Positions 50,377 to 61,031 of a stretch of 64,000 nt of DNA are shown here, piece by piece. Under the pieces are notes generated by a model. It had not been told where the DNA came from. It searched no databases and saw nothing but the letters and a program-made list of their open reading frames with translations. The stretch comes from Candidatus Levyibacteriota bacterium (GTDB taxonomy: Bacteria; Patescibacteriota; Microgenomatia; Levybacterales; UBA12049). Where the stretch lies: contig JACPGP010000030.1 in the NCBI GenBank assembly GCA_016182425.1, positions 11,738 through 75,737 of the forward strand, written 5' to 3'. Within the stretch, counting starts at the first letter, position 1, and each line of letters begins with the position of its first letter. The translations under genes and the position numbers were made by a program.

Positions 50377-53253
50377 TTAGGTAGTATTGCAGAGCATTTT
50401 GTATTCGCAGTTAAGACACAGAATATTTTTGCTGCAAGAAAAATCACTTTTTTCAATTTCTTCAATTTTTTCCAGTAATTTATCTTCCAGCGTGTCTAAG
50501 TCTGCTTTTGTAAAATGCATAGATTTTTTAATATTTCCATCCAAAAAATGAAGAGTCAGGGTAATATCTTTTGGATCACGATTTAAGATATTATCTTTTA
50601 CTCGAGTGGCGGCCAGAGCATAGATCGCTAGTTGCAGCGCGTGTGCTTTTTGCGCTTTAGGATTGTCTTCTCCGGTTTTATAGTCAATTATCTCAATACC
50701 GTTTCCTTTTGTGTCAATGCGATCAATTTTTCCAAAAACCTTTACACCATTTTTTAACGTAAAAGAAAAAGGAAGTTCCAATTCCAGTGGTTTTATAGCG
50801 GGATGGCACTCCTTTTTATAAAAATCTTCTAACATCTTAAGGCCTTGTGCAAAGCGTTCCTGCTCGTATTTTTTGCCATCATAACCATCAGAAACCCATT
50901 CTTTTTTAAGAATTTCTTTGAACTCTTTAAGAGACGGAGCAGACGAATTCTTTACTCTTTTATAAAAAGAATAAAGGGTGTTATGCATGGTTATACCAAA
51001 GCTCTGAACCGAAGCTGGAGGAGTTGGAATACCTAAAATCGCTTTTGCTTTATAGTGCAATGGGCAAATATCAAACATCTGGAGATTTGAAAATGTGATA
51101 TAGCTTATTTTAAGCGGTTGTTTTTTTTGAACTTTTTCGCTTTTTTTTTCATACGCAGAAATAATATCTGAAAACGAGAGTTGTTGATTATATTTTGCAG
51201 TCGCTTCTTGCTTTGCTAAGTTTGGGAGTGCTTCGTAAATAAAAGGAGAAAGTTTTTTGATCCGTTTCCCAGTGCCGTAGAAATCAGCCGCAGTAAAAAA
51301 AAGACATTCTTTTGCCCGGGTCATTCCTACATAAAAAAGCCTTCTTTCTTCTTGTTCGTGAAAATCAATATTCTCTGGTAGCTTTTCTTTAATAACCTCT
51401 TTTGGCAATGGGATTTTTTCAGCTCTTTCTCGAGAAGGGAAACGGTCCAAGACCAGATTTATTAAAAATACCACCTTAAACTCAAGTCCTTTTGAAGAAT
51501 GAACAGTTAAAATATTCACCGCATTTCTATCTCTGATGTCTATATCTGCTGCTGTGGGACTATCTTCCATTTGAATCATTAACAACAGCCAGTCTGCAAG
51601 AGTAAAAATGTTTGCGTCACTGCGTTCTGTCTCGAATTTTTTAATTCTGTCGAAAAACTTGGCGATATTTTGGACACGCTTTTCTTCTTCGACAGACTTG
51701 GTGTGTAAAAGGGTTTGATAGAGTTTTGAGTCAACTAAAAAATAATATAAAATTTGTCCTGCGCTGTCTTTCTTGACACGCGTTAAATGATGATCAACCA
51801 TTTTTCTAAATTCAAACAATTTTTTTTTAGATTCTGGTTTAATATAGGTTTGATCAGTAAAATTAAGCGCTTCAAAAAGAGGGATATTTTTTCTTTTGGC
51901 AAAATTTATTAGGTAATTAAGATCAGTATAGGGAATATCAAAAATATCCATTGATAAAACTCTAAAAAGAGAAACCGAATCTGAGAGGTTGGTGAGAAAA
52001 ATAAGATACGAAATAAGATCTTTTACCTCCTCTTGTTGAAATAAATATCCAGGGCCTAAAAACTGATAGGGTATCTTGTGTCTTTGCAGAGCGGTTGTGA
52101 TAAGTTGAGAGTGATTATTGGCTCTAACTAAAATTGCTATATCACGCAATTCATAAGATTTCTGATTAAGCTCTGTTATTTTTTTGGCAATTTCTTCCGC
52201 CTCGTCTTCTGCTCGTATTTGATGAATAATTTCTATGTCTTTCTCCGGCGCATTGGAATGACTCTCTAATTTCTTATCAATTTTCTCAACCACTTCCAGC
52301 CTGTTGGGATTATTGTGTTGGATGAGATTGTAAGCTGCATCAAGAATAGTTTTTGTTGATCGGTAATTATCGGTTAAAGTTATTATTTTCGCTTTTTTGA
52401 AGTTTTTCTTAAATTGCAGAACATTAGATACCGCCGCCCCTCGAAAGCGATAGATTGATTGGTCGTCATCAGCCACCACAGCAATATTATGGTCGTCTCC
52501 CGCAAGTAAAATTGCCAACTCATTCTGGGCGTAATTTGTGTCTTGGAATTCGTCAACCAGTAAAAAGCGAAACTGTTTTTGATAATGTTTAAGAATAGTT
52601 TTTCTGTTTCTAAAAAGAAGAAGGGTATTTGAAATAAGATCTGCAAAATCCATTATACTCTCTTTTACTTTAAGTTTTTCATATTCTTTGTAGGCGTGGG
52701 AGAGTTCAAGATAATGATCGATTTCCAATAAATCAGACCCATGCTTTTTCTTTATCCACAAGATATATTCATCTGGTGAAATGTCTTCATCTTTAAGTCT
52801 AGAGAAATGGGTTAGAAGTGCGTCAAGAAATTTGGTGGGATTCCCCAGTGGTCTAAAAAAACTAAGTCCCAATTCGAAAATATGCTGCCGCAAAAGAAGC
52901 ACTGATTCTGCTTGGTTGATAAGCTTAAAATTAGGGTCAAGACCTATGGTATACGCATCATCGCGCAAAACCCTTTCGCAAAAAGAATGAAATGTATGTA
53001 TCCAAAGATTGGTATATCCGTAAGGAAGAAGTATATCAACTCTCTCTTGCATTTCAAAGGCTGCCTTTTCCGTAAATGTAAGAGCAAGGATAGATGGGGG
53101 GGAAATGTTTTTATTAACAATTAGATGTTTGATGCGTTCTGTTATAACAGTTGTTTTTCCAGTTCCAGCCCCTGCGATAATTAAAAGTGGTCCATCTCCA
53201 TGTTCTACCGCTTGTCGTTGTTTTTCATTGAGAATTCTTGTATCTTTTACCAT
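50377..53253 (-). CDS. UvrD/PcrA helicase fused to a PD-(D/E)XK nuclease with Fe-S-type Cys motif (AdnAB-like)
   Basis: AGAGTGKT, DEFQD, TVHSSKGLEF, YVGMTRA; GKIDRID, IIDYKTG, QLAIY; CP...C-x2-C-x5-C. Confidence 0.92.
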   Translation of the reverse strand: MVKDTRILNEKQRQAVEHGDGPLLIIAGAGTGKTTVITERIKHLIVNKNISPPSILALTFTEKAAFEMQERVDILLPYGYTNLWIHTFHSFCERVLRDDAYTIGLDPNFKLINQAESVLLLRQHIFELGLSFFRPLGNPTKFLDALLTHFSRLKDEDISPDEYILWIKKKHGSDLLEIDHYLELSHAYKEYEKLKVKESIMDFADLISNTLLLFRNRKTILKHYQKQFRFLLVDEFQDTNYAQNELAILLAGDDHNIAVVADDDQSIYRFRGAAVSNVLQFKKNFKKAKIITLTDNYRSTKTILDAAYNLIQHNNPNRLEVVEKIDKKLESHSNAPEKDIEIIHQIRAEDEAEEIAKKITELNQKSYELRDIAILVRANNHSQLITTALQRHKIPYQFLGPGYLFQQEEVKDLISYLIFLTNLSDSVSLFRVLSMDIFDIPYTDLNYLINFAKRKNIPLFEALNFTDQTYIKPESKKKLFEFRKMVDHHLTRVKKDSAGQILYYFLVDSKLYQTLLHTKSVEEEKRVQNIAKFFDRIKKFETERSDANIFTLADWLLLMIQMEDSPTAADIDIRDRNAVNILTVHSSKGLEFKVVFLINLVLDRFPSRERAEKIPLPKEVIKEKLPENIDFHEQEERRLFYVGMTRAKECLFFTAADFYGTGKRIKKLSPFIYEALPNLAKQEATAKYNQQLSFSDIISAYEKKSEKVQKKQPLKISYITFSNLQMFDICPLHYKAKAILGIPTPPASVQSFGITMHNTLYSFYKRVKNSSAPSLKEFKEILKKEWVSDGYDGKKYEQERFAQGLKMLEDFYKKECHPAIKPLELELPFSFTLKNGVKVFGKIDRIDTKGNGIEIIDYKTGEDNPKAQKAHALQLAIYALAATRVKDNILNRDPKDITLTLHFLDGNIKKSMHFTKADLDTLEDKLLEKIEEIEKSDFSCSKNILCLNCEYKMLCNTT

Positions 53254-53292
53254 GCAGCTATTTTACCATAAGCCACATGATATACTAAGAAA

Positions 53293-53997
53293 ATGCCAGA
53301 GGAATTTTTTCTATCTTTTCTAAAAAAAGAACAAATCGCCAAAGATACGTATGCATTTTATTTTTCAAGAGAAAAGAGTGATTTTGATTTTATAGCAGGT
53401 CAGTATATTCGAATAACTTTACCAGTTGAGCCTTCTCATCTTTTTTCCATTGCATCTTCTCCTTTAGAGAAAGGGTACATACGAATAATAACAAGAATAA
53501 CAGGGAGTCCATTTAAAAATGCACTTTTAACACTTACGCCCAATTCTGAAGTTAAGATTTTCGGACCAATAGGCAGATTTACCCTTCAGGATGAGGAAAA
53601 AGAATATGTTTTTCTTGCAGGAGGAATTGGCATTACGCCATTTGTTAGTATTATCGAATATGCTGCGGCGAAAAACCTTACAGTTCCAATTACTCTTTTT
53701 ACATCGTTTTCAACAGTTGAAGAAACAATATTTCATAAAGAATTTTTAGAAATTGCAAAAGCTCACCCAAATATAAAAATTATCCACACAATAACTCAAT
53801 TAGAAAGTGCAGTATTGTGGAATGGAGAGAAAGGACGAATCTCACCAGAGCTTATAAAAAAATATGTCAGCGATCCACTTTTACCTTTGTACTACATTGC
53901 CGGACCGCCAAAAATGGTTGAGGCGATGGAGAGAATTGTAAAAGCTATGAGTGTTTCCAACGATAAGATTAAAAAAGAGAATTTTATTGGGTATTAA
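53293..53997 (+). CDS. Ferredoxin-NADP reductase-like flavoprotein
   Basis: FIAGQY, FSIASSP, GPIGRF, AGGIGITP, AGPPKM. Confidence 0.9.
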   Translation: MPEEFFLSFLKKEQIAKDTYAFYFSREKSDFDFIAGQYIRITLPVEPSHLFSIASSPLEKGYIRIITRITGSPFKNALLTLTPNSEVKIFGPIGRFTLQDEEKEYVFLAGGIGITPFVSIIEYAAAKNLTVPITLFTSFSTVEETIFHKEFLEIAKAHPNIKIIHTITQLESAVLWNGEKGRISPELIKKYVSDPLLPLYYIAGPPKMVEAMERIVKAMSVSNDKIKKENFIGY

Positions 53998-54959
53998 GCT
54001 TCTAAGCTTTTGGTGCTGCTTAGTTTTTGGCCAAGCTTTACAAAACCAGTGTTGACGTTATGGAACTGCGAAGACGCATTTCCCAAATGTTTTCCCAAAA
54101 CATCTAAATTTTCCTCCACTTTTTCGTAATCGATCTTAAGCGCCCGAAGTAGCTTAAAAACCTCATGAGAACGAGCTTCTATCTTTTTACCCTCAAACGA
54201 TAAAAGAATTGTTTGTAAATGTGCGTAGAGTGTGCTTGGGGAAACAATATACACGCGAGCGTGTCTTGCGTACTCCATAAGCGTTGTATTATTTACTAAT
54301 TCATAATATACAGATTCGCTGGGGACATACATCAGCGCAAAATCCATGGTTCCCTCTTCCGGCAAAATATATTTTTGGGAAATTGCGTCAATGTGTTTTT
54401 TGACATCTCGGATAAATTCTTTTTGTGCTGCGTCTTTCTCTCGGCCATTTTCCGCCTTAAACATTTTTTGGAAGTTTTCCATGGGAAATTTTGCGTCTAT
54501 TGGTAAAATGCCGGCATCAGTTTTAATTGCGGCATCAACCTTTTCGCCAGACTTAAATTGATATTGGAGATGGAAGCTGTTTTTGGGAAACATTTGAGAA
54601 ATTAAATCCTTGAGCACTTGTTCGCCAATGTTACCTCGAAGTTTTGGGCTTTTAAGAAACTCCTGGAGCTCTTTCATACTGCGGCCAATTTCGCTCATCT
54701 GTCCTACTTCTTTGCCAACGTCACGAATAACACTTGCTGCCCGGTCTAAGCGTTCATTGAGTTGTTTGGAGTGTTCTTGGAGAACCTTTGTCACATCGCT
54801 TGAGTTTGCTTGCATTGTTTCGTTTGTGCTTTTTAGCCACTCTAAAAGTGTTTCGTCTATTTTATTTTTCTCCATGTTGCCAAGTTTTTTATGAATAAGA
54901 AAAAAAAGTGCAGCAAAGCCGAGAAGAATTGTTATAATGACGGGCAGCTGATTTTCCAT
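53994..54959 (-). CDS. rmuC: DNA recombination protein RmuC
   Basis: RGNIGE, IDAKFP, KYI..T.DFA.M.VPSE, VSPSTL. Confidence 0.93.
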   Translation of the reverse strand: MENQLPVIITILLGFAALFFLIHKKLGNMEKNKIDETLLEWLKSTNETMQANSSDVTKVLQEHSKQLNERLDRAASVIRDVGKEVGQMSEIGRSMKELQEFLKSPKLRGNIGEQVLKDLISQMFPKNSFHLQYQFKSGEKVDAAIKTDAGILPIDAKFPMENFQKMFKAENGREKDAAQKEFIRDVKKHIDAISQKYILPEEGTMDFALMYVPSESVYYELVNNTTLMEYARHARVYIVSPSTLYAHLQTILLSFEGKKIEARSHEVFKLLRALKIDYEKVEENLDVLGKHLGNASSQFHNVNTGFVKLGQKLSSTKSLEA

Positions 54960-55150
54960 GCGGCTATTTTATCATATTATGGCAAGGAGGTAATAAGTTG
55001 CAAGAGTTTTGGATAACCAAACATGCCATCAGGATTACTTAAGTGTTTGTAGTCATGTTCAATAATAAGAATAAGTTTCTGCACATATATCCTCAATACA
55101 AGTAAAATAAGGGTCTGAAGCTGTTTATTAAAATCTGCTACAATAGTCTC

Positions 55151-55975
55151 ATGGTAAAGACTACTAAAATTGCAATCTTTGAAGGTAAAAAAATTCGAAG
55201 ACATTGGGATGAAAAAAAGGAAAAGTGGTATTTCTCGGTTGTTGATGTTGTTGCCGCTCTTTCTGAAAGTGAAAACCCACAAGTGTACTGGCGGGTGATG
55301 AAAAAAAGATTGATAGACGAAGGCGCAAATGAAACCGTTACAAAATGTAACGGTTTGAAAATGTTAGCAGCCGACGGCAAAATGAGATTAACAGATGTTG
55401 CAGATACAGAAACTATGTTTCGTATTATCCAGTCTATTCCTTCTCCACATGCTGAACCATTTAAGTTGTGGCTTGCCAGAGTTGGTTATGAAAGGGTTGA
55501 AGAATCAGAAGATCCAGAAATTGCCATTCAAAGGGCAATACGCTTCTATCTCAAGCGCGGGTATTCCCAAAATTGGGTCAATCAAAGATTAAAAAGTATA
55601 GAAGTTAGAAAAGAATTAACAGATGAATGGGAGCAAAAGGGTGTTAAAGAAAACACAGAATTTGCTACGCTAACAGATGAAATTACTTTTGCATGGGCAG
55701 GAATGAAAACAAAAGATTACAAAAAATATAAAGAGCTTAAAAAAGAAAACTTACGAGATAACATGACTAATTTGGAACTTGTGCTAAATATGCTTGCGGA
55801 AGCATCGACAACAGAAATATCTAAAAAAGTTATGCCAAAAAGTTTTGAAGAAAATAGAAAAGTTGCAAAACAAGGTGGATCAATTGCAGGTTCTGCCAGA
55901 AAACAAATAGAAAACAAAACAGGAAAAAAAGTGGTTACGAAATTAAACGCTAAAGGTTTAGGGTTGCTTAAATAG
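55151..55975 (+). CDS. Bro-N domain (antirepressor-like) protein
   Basis: WYFSVVDVV, LKM.A.DGK.R.TD, IQSIPSP.AEPFK.WLA, NLRDNM. Confidence 0.85.
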   Translation: MVKTTKIAIFEGKKIRRHWDEKKEKWYFSVVDVVAALSESENPQVYWRVMKKRLIDEGANETVTKCNGLKMLAADGKMRLTDVADTETMFRIIQSIPSPHAEPFKLWLARVGYERVEESEDPEIAIQRAIRFYLKRGYSQNWVNQRLKSIEVRKELTDEWEQKGVKENTEFATLTDEITFAWAGMKTKDYKKYKELKKENLRDNMTNLELVLNMLAEASTTEISKKVMPKSFEENRKVAKQGGSIAGSARKQIENKTGKKVVTKLNAKGLGLLK

Positions 55976-56032
55976 AAGTTTTCCCAAATTGGGGCTTGGC
56001 AGAGTGGGGAGGGCTATGTTTTACTGGATTTA

Positions 56033-56242
56033 ATGGTAAATTCTCAAACCTCAACACCTGCAACTCCTGAAACTACCAAAAGTATTACTATATTACTGCT
56101 TATTTTTGCAGCTTCTATTGGCTTTTTCTTTATGTGCTACTGGACAAAATGGCCAATGGTGGTAAAAGTTCTTGTGTCTATATTATATGTTCCTTTAGCA
56201 ACAATCGTTTTCATCTCGGTAGTAGTGGCCATTATTAGATAG
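56033..56242 (+). CDS. Small two-TM membrane protein
   Basis: Two hydrophobic segments around WTKWP; extended -10-like box upstream. Confidence 0.55.
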   Translation: MVNSQTSTPATPETTKSITILLLIFAASIGFFFMCYWTKWPMVVKVLVSILYVPLATIVFISVVVAIIR

Positions 56243-56313
56243 TGGTAAATATGTTCGAGTACTCCTCAAGCAACAATAACAATTCCTACACCATAATATC
56301 TTTACCCTTTAGA

Positions 56314-57306
56314 CTAATCAAAATACAGCTCAGGGTCAGCTGTAATATGTCTCCAATCTATTGGTTTATAGTTAAAAAATGCTGCGGAGGCGATCATGGC
56401 AGCGTTGTCTGTACATAAGTTTTTTGGAGGAACGAAAAGCTCGATTGATGACTGCATAGCTTCTCTCAATTTTTGATTAGCGGCGACACCGCCGGAAAGG
56501 AGAATTGATCTCACTTTATATCTCTGTGCAGCTTTGAGGGTTTTTTGAGCAAGTACATCAATGACTGCGCTTTGTACCCCAGCAGAAATGTCGTTAACCA
56601 TTTGTTCATTAAGCTTTTTTATTTTCTGAACTTCTCGAAAAACTGCAGTTTTTAATCCCGAAAAAGAAAAGTCAAAATCTTCTGAATCAAGAAGTGGTCG
56701 AGGGAATGTAAATCGATTACTTTTTCCCTGCTGGGCTGCCTTTTCAATGGCTGGGCCTCCTGGGTATGAAAGCCCTAAGAGCCTGCCAATTTTATCGAAT
56801 GCTTCGCCTGCTGCATCATCGCGTGTTCCTCCAAGCCACTTTATTTTTCCGTGTTCTTTGAGTAATACCAAATCAGTATGTCCGCCAGAAACAATAAGAG
56901 CAAGAGCAGGAATTTTTGGTATCTCGTAAATAAAGTTTGCATAGATGTGGCCAATGAGGTGATTTACAGGAATAATTGGTTTATTCCAAACATAAGATAA
57001 TGTTTTTGCGGTTTCAACACCAACAAGAAGTGAGCCAATTAACCCCGGGCCATATGTTACCGCTATTGTATCTATTTCTGGACGATAGATGTTAGATTCT
57101 TTGAGGGCTTGTTCAATTACGGGAATAATATATTTTACTTGCCCTCTGGCGGCGATTTCTGGAATAATACCGCCGGTTTTGGCATGGAGAGGAAGAGATG
57201 AGCTAATAATGTTTGAAAGAAGTTTTACTGTTGGGGCTTGCAGATTTGCTTCTACAATTGCAGCGCTTGTTTCATCACACGATGTTTCAATACCTAAAAT
57301 CCTCAC
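56314..57306 (-). CDS. tsaD: tRNA N6-adenosine threonylcarbamoyltransferase
   Basis: LGIETSCDET, VNHLIGH, VSGGHT, DDAAGEAFDK, FSFSGLKT, CTDNAAMI. Confidence 0.98.
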   Translation of the reverse strand: MRILGIETSCDETSAAIVEANLQAPTVKLLSNIISSSLPLHAKTGGIIPEIAARGQVKYIIPVIEQALKESNIYRPEIDTIAVTYGPGLIGSLLVGVETAKTLSYVWNKPIIPVNHLIGHIYANFIYEIPKIPALALIVSGGHTDLVLLKEHGKIKWLGGTRDDAAGEAFDKIGRLLGLSYPGGPAIEKAAQQGKSNRFTFPRPLLDSEDFDFSFSGLKTAVFREVQKIKKLNEQMVNDISAGVQSAVIDVLAQKTLKAAQRYKVRSILLSGGVAANQKLREAMQSSIELFVPPKNLCTDNAAMIASAAFFNYKPIDWRHITADPELYFD

Positions 57307-57779
57307 AGATTTTCTATTTTTACCCCATCACCATTTTTGAAACCGTATTTTTTGGAAAGCCCTGCGTTGATCTCAAGCACCTTGTCTGCCGGCTCATCAG
57401 GCCTAAAAATTTGTAGATTATCTTCAGGGGATTTTGGCGCTTGTGCATTTTCAATAATAGTAACAATTTTGTCTTTGTTAATATAGATAATATCTACAGA
57501 AATCTTCATATTTTTCATCCAGAAAGAGTAGTAATCCGCCTTTTCGAAGGGAAACAGCATGCCAGAATTTTGAGGAAGCGATGTTTTTTCCGACAGTCCA
57601 ACCTCTTTTTCTTGAGGTGTTTTAGCAACAAGGATAGTAAATGTGTGATTTTTGATAGTAAGAGTCGGATTTTTTTCAAAAAACGGAAACGGCAAGTTTT
57701 TTTTAAGATCGCTTTGAAAAAAAACAATGCCAAACACAACAGCAAGAAGAAGCCCAAAAAGCAGAAGAACCATTTTCAT
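57303..57779 (-). CDS. DUF192 family membrane-anchored protein
   Basis: GMLFPF, FWMKNM, VLEINAG, GD. Confidence 0.9.
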   Translation of the reverse strand: MKMVLLLFGLLLAVVFGIVFFQSDLKKNLPFPFFEKNPTLTIKNHTFTILVAKTPQEKEVGLSEKTSLPQNSGMLFPFEKADYYSFWMKNMKISVDIIYINKDKIVTIIENAQAPKSPEDNLQIFRPDEPADKVLEINAGLSKKYGFKNGDGVKIENL

Positions 57780-58255
57780 ATAGATAAAAGTTTGGTTAAC
57801 TGACTTGTTGATGCATCCTTGACGCGTTCCATAACATCTATAACAGTTGTTCCCATAAGTTTTGCTTGTCTTTCTTTGTGATATCTTTTGGGATCTCCCT
57901 TTGTGGTTGCGATTATAGTAGGTTTTATTTTGAATAGCAAATTATCATAGTCACGGTCCTTATTAAGCGACGGAAGAAGAATGATGTAGTCAACCATATT
58001 TAAGGTGCTAAGTACTAAAGCGCGATCCTTTTGTGGGTGGATCGGACGTTTATTACCTTTTGTTAATTGAATTGTTTGATCGCTTTCTAACATTACAAAT
58101 AGCACATCTCCTTGTTGTTTTGCCTTCTCTAAAAACAGTACATGTCCAGGATGAAGAATATCAAAACAACCACCCACCAAAACGATTTTTTTTCCTTCAC
58201 TTCTTAACTTTTTTGAAAGTCGTTCTGCTTGTTCAATGGTTAAAATTTTATTCAT
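57776..58255 (-). CDS. Cytidylyltransferase family (RfaE domain II / FAD synthase-like)
   Basis: GGCFDILHPGH, KG..RPI, STS; start at MNKIL. Confidence 0.85.
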   Translation of the reverse strand: MNKILTIEQAERLSKKLRSEGKKIVLVGGCFDILHPGHVLFLEKAKQQGDVLFVMLESDQTIQLTKGNKRPIHPQKDRALVLSTLNMVDYIILLPSLNKDRDYDNLLFKIKPTIIATTKGDPKRYHKERQAKLMGTTVIDVMERVKDASTSQLTKLLSI

Positions 58256-59637
58256 TCCTTTGTTCCTTTTAAGTAAACTGCTTGCCAAGGTCTGTAATTT
58301 GACACAAACTTGTCATTTATAATAATTTTTCCGTTTTTTGCCACCTTTCTTGTAAATATCGATGTTGCACCTGCTGCTGCAAAGTCAGTTTGTCGTACCA
58401 CTCCCTTTGCCAGCGTTGGATCGTCTTGATAGAGGGGAGCTGGGGCTTGGGTCTCATTGGTAATTACAGGCTTGCTTATAGTAACTTGCCTTCCATCTGC
58501 TGTGCCATAGAGGGAAAAGGTTAGGCGCTCGGTGGTTGGATCAAGTTCAGTTTGGATGAGAATATGGTTTCCAGTATCATTTTTAAACCGTAAGTCAATG
58601 CTTGGAACATAGACAGTTGCGTCAAATCCAGGAGGAGAGTCTTGTTCGTAATAGCCAACGCGATAGTCATGTGCATGCCGTTCTACAATGGGAAGACCAG
58701 CAGCAAGAAGTGCGCGAAAAAAAGTGGTTGATACTTGGCATACTCCTCCGCCATCACCCAAGACAGTTCGTCCGTCTTGTATAATGTACGCCTGTTTATA
58801 GCCTGTAAAAGAAGAAATATCACCAAGCGCGTTGCCAAACGAAAAGGTTTCCCCAGGAAGAACAAGTAGTCCGTTAAGTCTTGTTGCCGCAAGAGTAATG
58901 TTATAGATCCTATTGGGTATTGAGTGTTGAAAAAGCGATGTTCCACTCCCGATGAGTTCTTTTATGCCAAGGTTATTTGCTTCGTCTGTAGTTACTTTTG
59001 GTTTTATAATCTTAATAGGAATATCAAATAATACTCTCTGAGGCTTTTCCAGCTGGACGATAAGCGGCGTTTTAAGGGAAATTTTTCTGGTGAGTATTTC
59101 CATATCGACTTTTTGCCCATTACTTGATGGTTTGAATGCGGCGACTCTCCCATTCCTAAATTTAAAGAGCGCGTCTACAGCTTCAATAGAAGCATTTTTA
59201 ACAATTGGAGCAAGAGTGTGTTGGAGTTTTTCATCGGAATACTGGTATGAAGCGGGGAGATTTATACCGTTAAGGTAGGATTGTAGTACAAGACTGATAT
59301 TTGCCAGTAAATCTTTAGATCTTCCAATACTGTAGGCCTGTTCGGCAAGTAGATTTTCGTTGTATCCAAGATTTAATTTTTCGGCAGATACAGTTGCCAC
59401 ACGCGTTTCGTAGATAAATACCATCTCTGTTTTTCCAATACGAGTATTTTTCTGGGCAAAAAAAGTTTTAACATCATTTTGGGTTTTTCCCCCAAATTCA
59501 ATTTCTGCAATGCTTATTCCAGGAAATATTCGATTGTTGTAGTATTTTTGGAATACAATAAAGGTAAAACTTATAAAGAAGAATAAGCCTAAGCCCGCGC
59601 CGATAAAAAACCAAAAGACGCCGTGCATTATTTTCAT
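58252..59637 (-). CDS. VanW-domain protein with PG-binding and G5-like regions
   Basis: N-terminal TM, NR..NI..A, PGETFSF, GGGVCQVSTT, DATV, DLRFKND. Confidence 0.9.
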   Translation of the reverse strand: MKIMHGVFWFFIGAGLGLFFFISFTFIVFQKYYNNRIFPGISIAEIEFGGKTQNDVKTFFAQKNTRIGKTEMVFIYETRVATVSAEKLNLGYNENLLAEQAYSIGRSKDLLANISLVLQSYLNGINLPASYQYSDEKLQHTLAPIVKNASIEAVDALFKFRNGRVAAFKPSSNGQKVDMEILTRKISLKTPLIVQLEKPQRVLFDIPIKIIKPKVTTDEANNLGIKELIGSGTSLFQHSIPNRIYNITLAATRLNGLLVLPGETFSFGNALGDISSFTGYKQAYIIQDGRTVLGDGGGVCQVSTTFFRALLAAGLPIVERHAHDYRVGYYEQDSPPGFDATVYVPSIDLRFKNDTGNHILIQTELDPTTERLTFSLYGTADGRQVTISKPVITNETQAPAPLYQDDPTLAKGVVRQTDFAAAGATSIFTRKVAKNGKIIINDKFVSNYRPWQAVYLKGTKE

Positions 59638-59675
59638 TTGCCTTAATTCCCGTTTAGGTATTATACTATAAAGTT

Positions 59676-61031
59676 ATGGAGGAAAGTACCATTTTTCAGC
59701 GCGCAGAGTTACCGACGCCGATTAAAGAAGAAAAAGTATTTCCTTTTCCTCTTCTTATTAAAGGAGTATTTGGATTATTCATTGTTATTATTATTTTTGT
59801 TGTTTGGCAATTTGTTTTACCAAGATTTAAGGGAAGTAATAACGAAGTAATAACGCTTTCTCACTGGGGGTTGTGGGAAGAAGAAAATGTTATGCGGGTA
59901 GTATTGAATGATTTTGAAAAGCAAAATCCCCAGATTAAAGTCGATTATGTAAAACAAGATGTAAAACAGTACAGAAGTCGCATAATCACGCGAACAGAAA
60001 ATGGTACAGGGCCAGATGTGTTTTTGTTTCACAATACCTGGCTTCCGCAAATAATATCTAATCTTTTGCCAATGCCTTACGATGTTATGCCAAAAGACGA
60101 GCTGCAAAAAACATTCTATCCTGTTGTGGTAAACGACCTTACCCAAAAAGGTGCGATATACGGCGTTCCAGCAGGTATAGATACTCTAGCTTTGTTTATT
60201 AATTCTGAGATGTTTAAGCAGGCAGGGATTATACCCCCAACAAATTGGCAGGATTTTGGAACAGCGGCCAGAACGTTAACAGTTAAAGATGAGACCGGAA
60301 AAATTAAAACTGCAGGAGCAGCAATGGGAACATTTGATAATATTACTCACGCTCCTGATCTTATATCACTTCTTATGGTGCAAAATGGGGCAAATATTAA
60401 CGATATGGTAGAAACCAGAGAAAGCATTATTGATGCATTAGATTTTTATACATCTTTTGCAAAAGACGAGGGCAGAGTGTGGGATGCGACACTTGACCCA
60501 TCCCTTCTTGCCTTTGCAAAGGGAAATCTTGCCATGTATTTTGGCTACTCGTGGGACATTTTTGCCATAAAACAACTAAACCCTCAGCTTTCTTTCCAGA
60601 TTGTTCCAGTTCCTCATTTGCCAGGGAGAAATATGACTATGGCAAGCTATTGGGTAAATGGTGTAAACGCCAAGAGCAAATATCAAAAAGAAGCACTGCT
60701 TTTAATAAAATTTCTCTCTATGAAAGAGACGATGCAAAAAATCTTTTCCGAAAGCTCAAAAACAAGAACTTTTGGCGAGCCATATCCAAGAATTGACCTG
60801 GCAGATAGTCTTAAAGACAATTCTCTTGTGTATCCATTTATTACCTCGGCCAATGATGCCACATCTTCTTTTTTTGCCAGTGATACATTTGACGAGGGGA
60901 TAAATAATCAAATGAATGCCTACCTTGGGAATGCAGTGCGCTCGATTCTTGGCAATACCTCGTTAGATTCAGTAGTAGATACTCTTATCCAAGGCGTTAA
61001 TCAAGTACTGCAACAGTATGCAGAATTTTAG
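59676..61031 (+). CDS. ABC sugar-binding-like extracellular solute-binding protein
   Basis: TM anchor, GPDVF, IYGVP...DTLAL..N, PPTNW. Confidence 0.85.
   Translation: MEESTIFQRAELPTPIKEEKVFPFPLLIKGVFGLFIVIIIFVVWQFVLPRFKGSNNEVITLSHWGLWEEENVMRVVLNDFEKQNPQIKVDYVKQDVKQYRSRIITRTENGTGPDVFLFHNTWLPQIISNLLPMPYDVMPKDELQKTFYPVVVNDLTQKGAIYGVPAGIDTLALFINSEMFKQAGIIPPTNWQDFGTAARTLTVKDETGKIKTAGAAMGTFDNITHAPDLISLLMVQNGANINDMVETRESIIDALDFYTSFAKDEGRVWDATLDPSLLAFAKGNLAMYFGYSWDIFAIKQLNPQLSFQIVPVPHLPGRNMTMASYWVNGVNAKSKYQKEALLLIKFLSMKETMQKIFSESSKTRTFGEPYPRIDLADSLKDNSLVYPFITSANDATSSFFASDTFDEGINNQMNAYLGNAVRSILGNTSLDSVVDTLIQGVNQVLQQYAEF

Noticed and set aside
54977-55282. 101-aa minus-strand ORF between rmuC and the Bro-N gene
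   Set aside because: It overlaps the Bro-N gene and its promoter and has no recognisable motif; at most a gene remnant
55151-55975. Bro-N gene as a prophage marker
   Set aside because: No integrase, structural or replication phage genes flank it
56243-56296. In-frame STPQATITIPTP segment after the stop of the 69-aa membrane ORF
   Set aside because: Two different stops (TAG, TAA) intervene and other genes use standard stops, so there is no support for recoding
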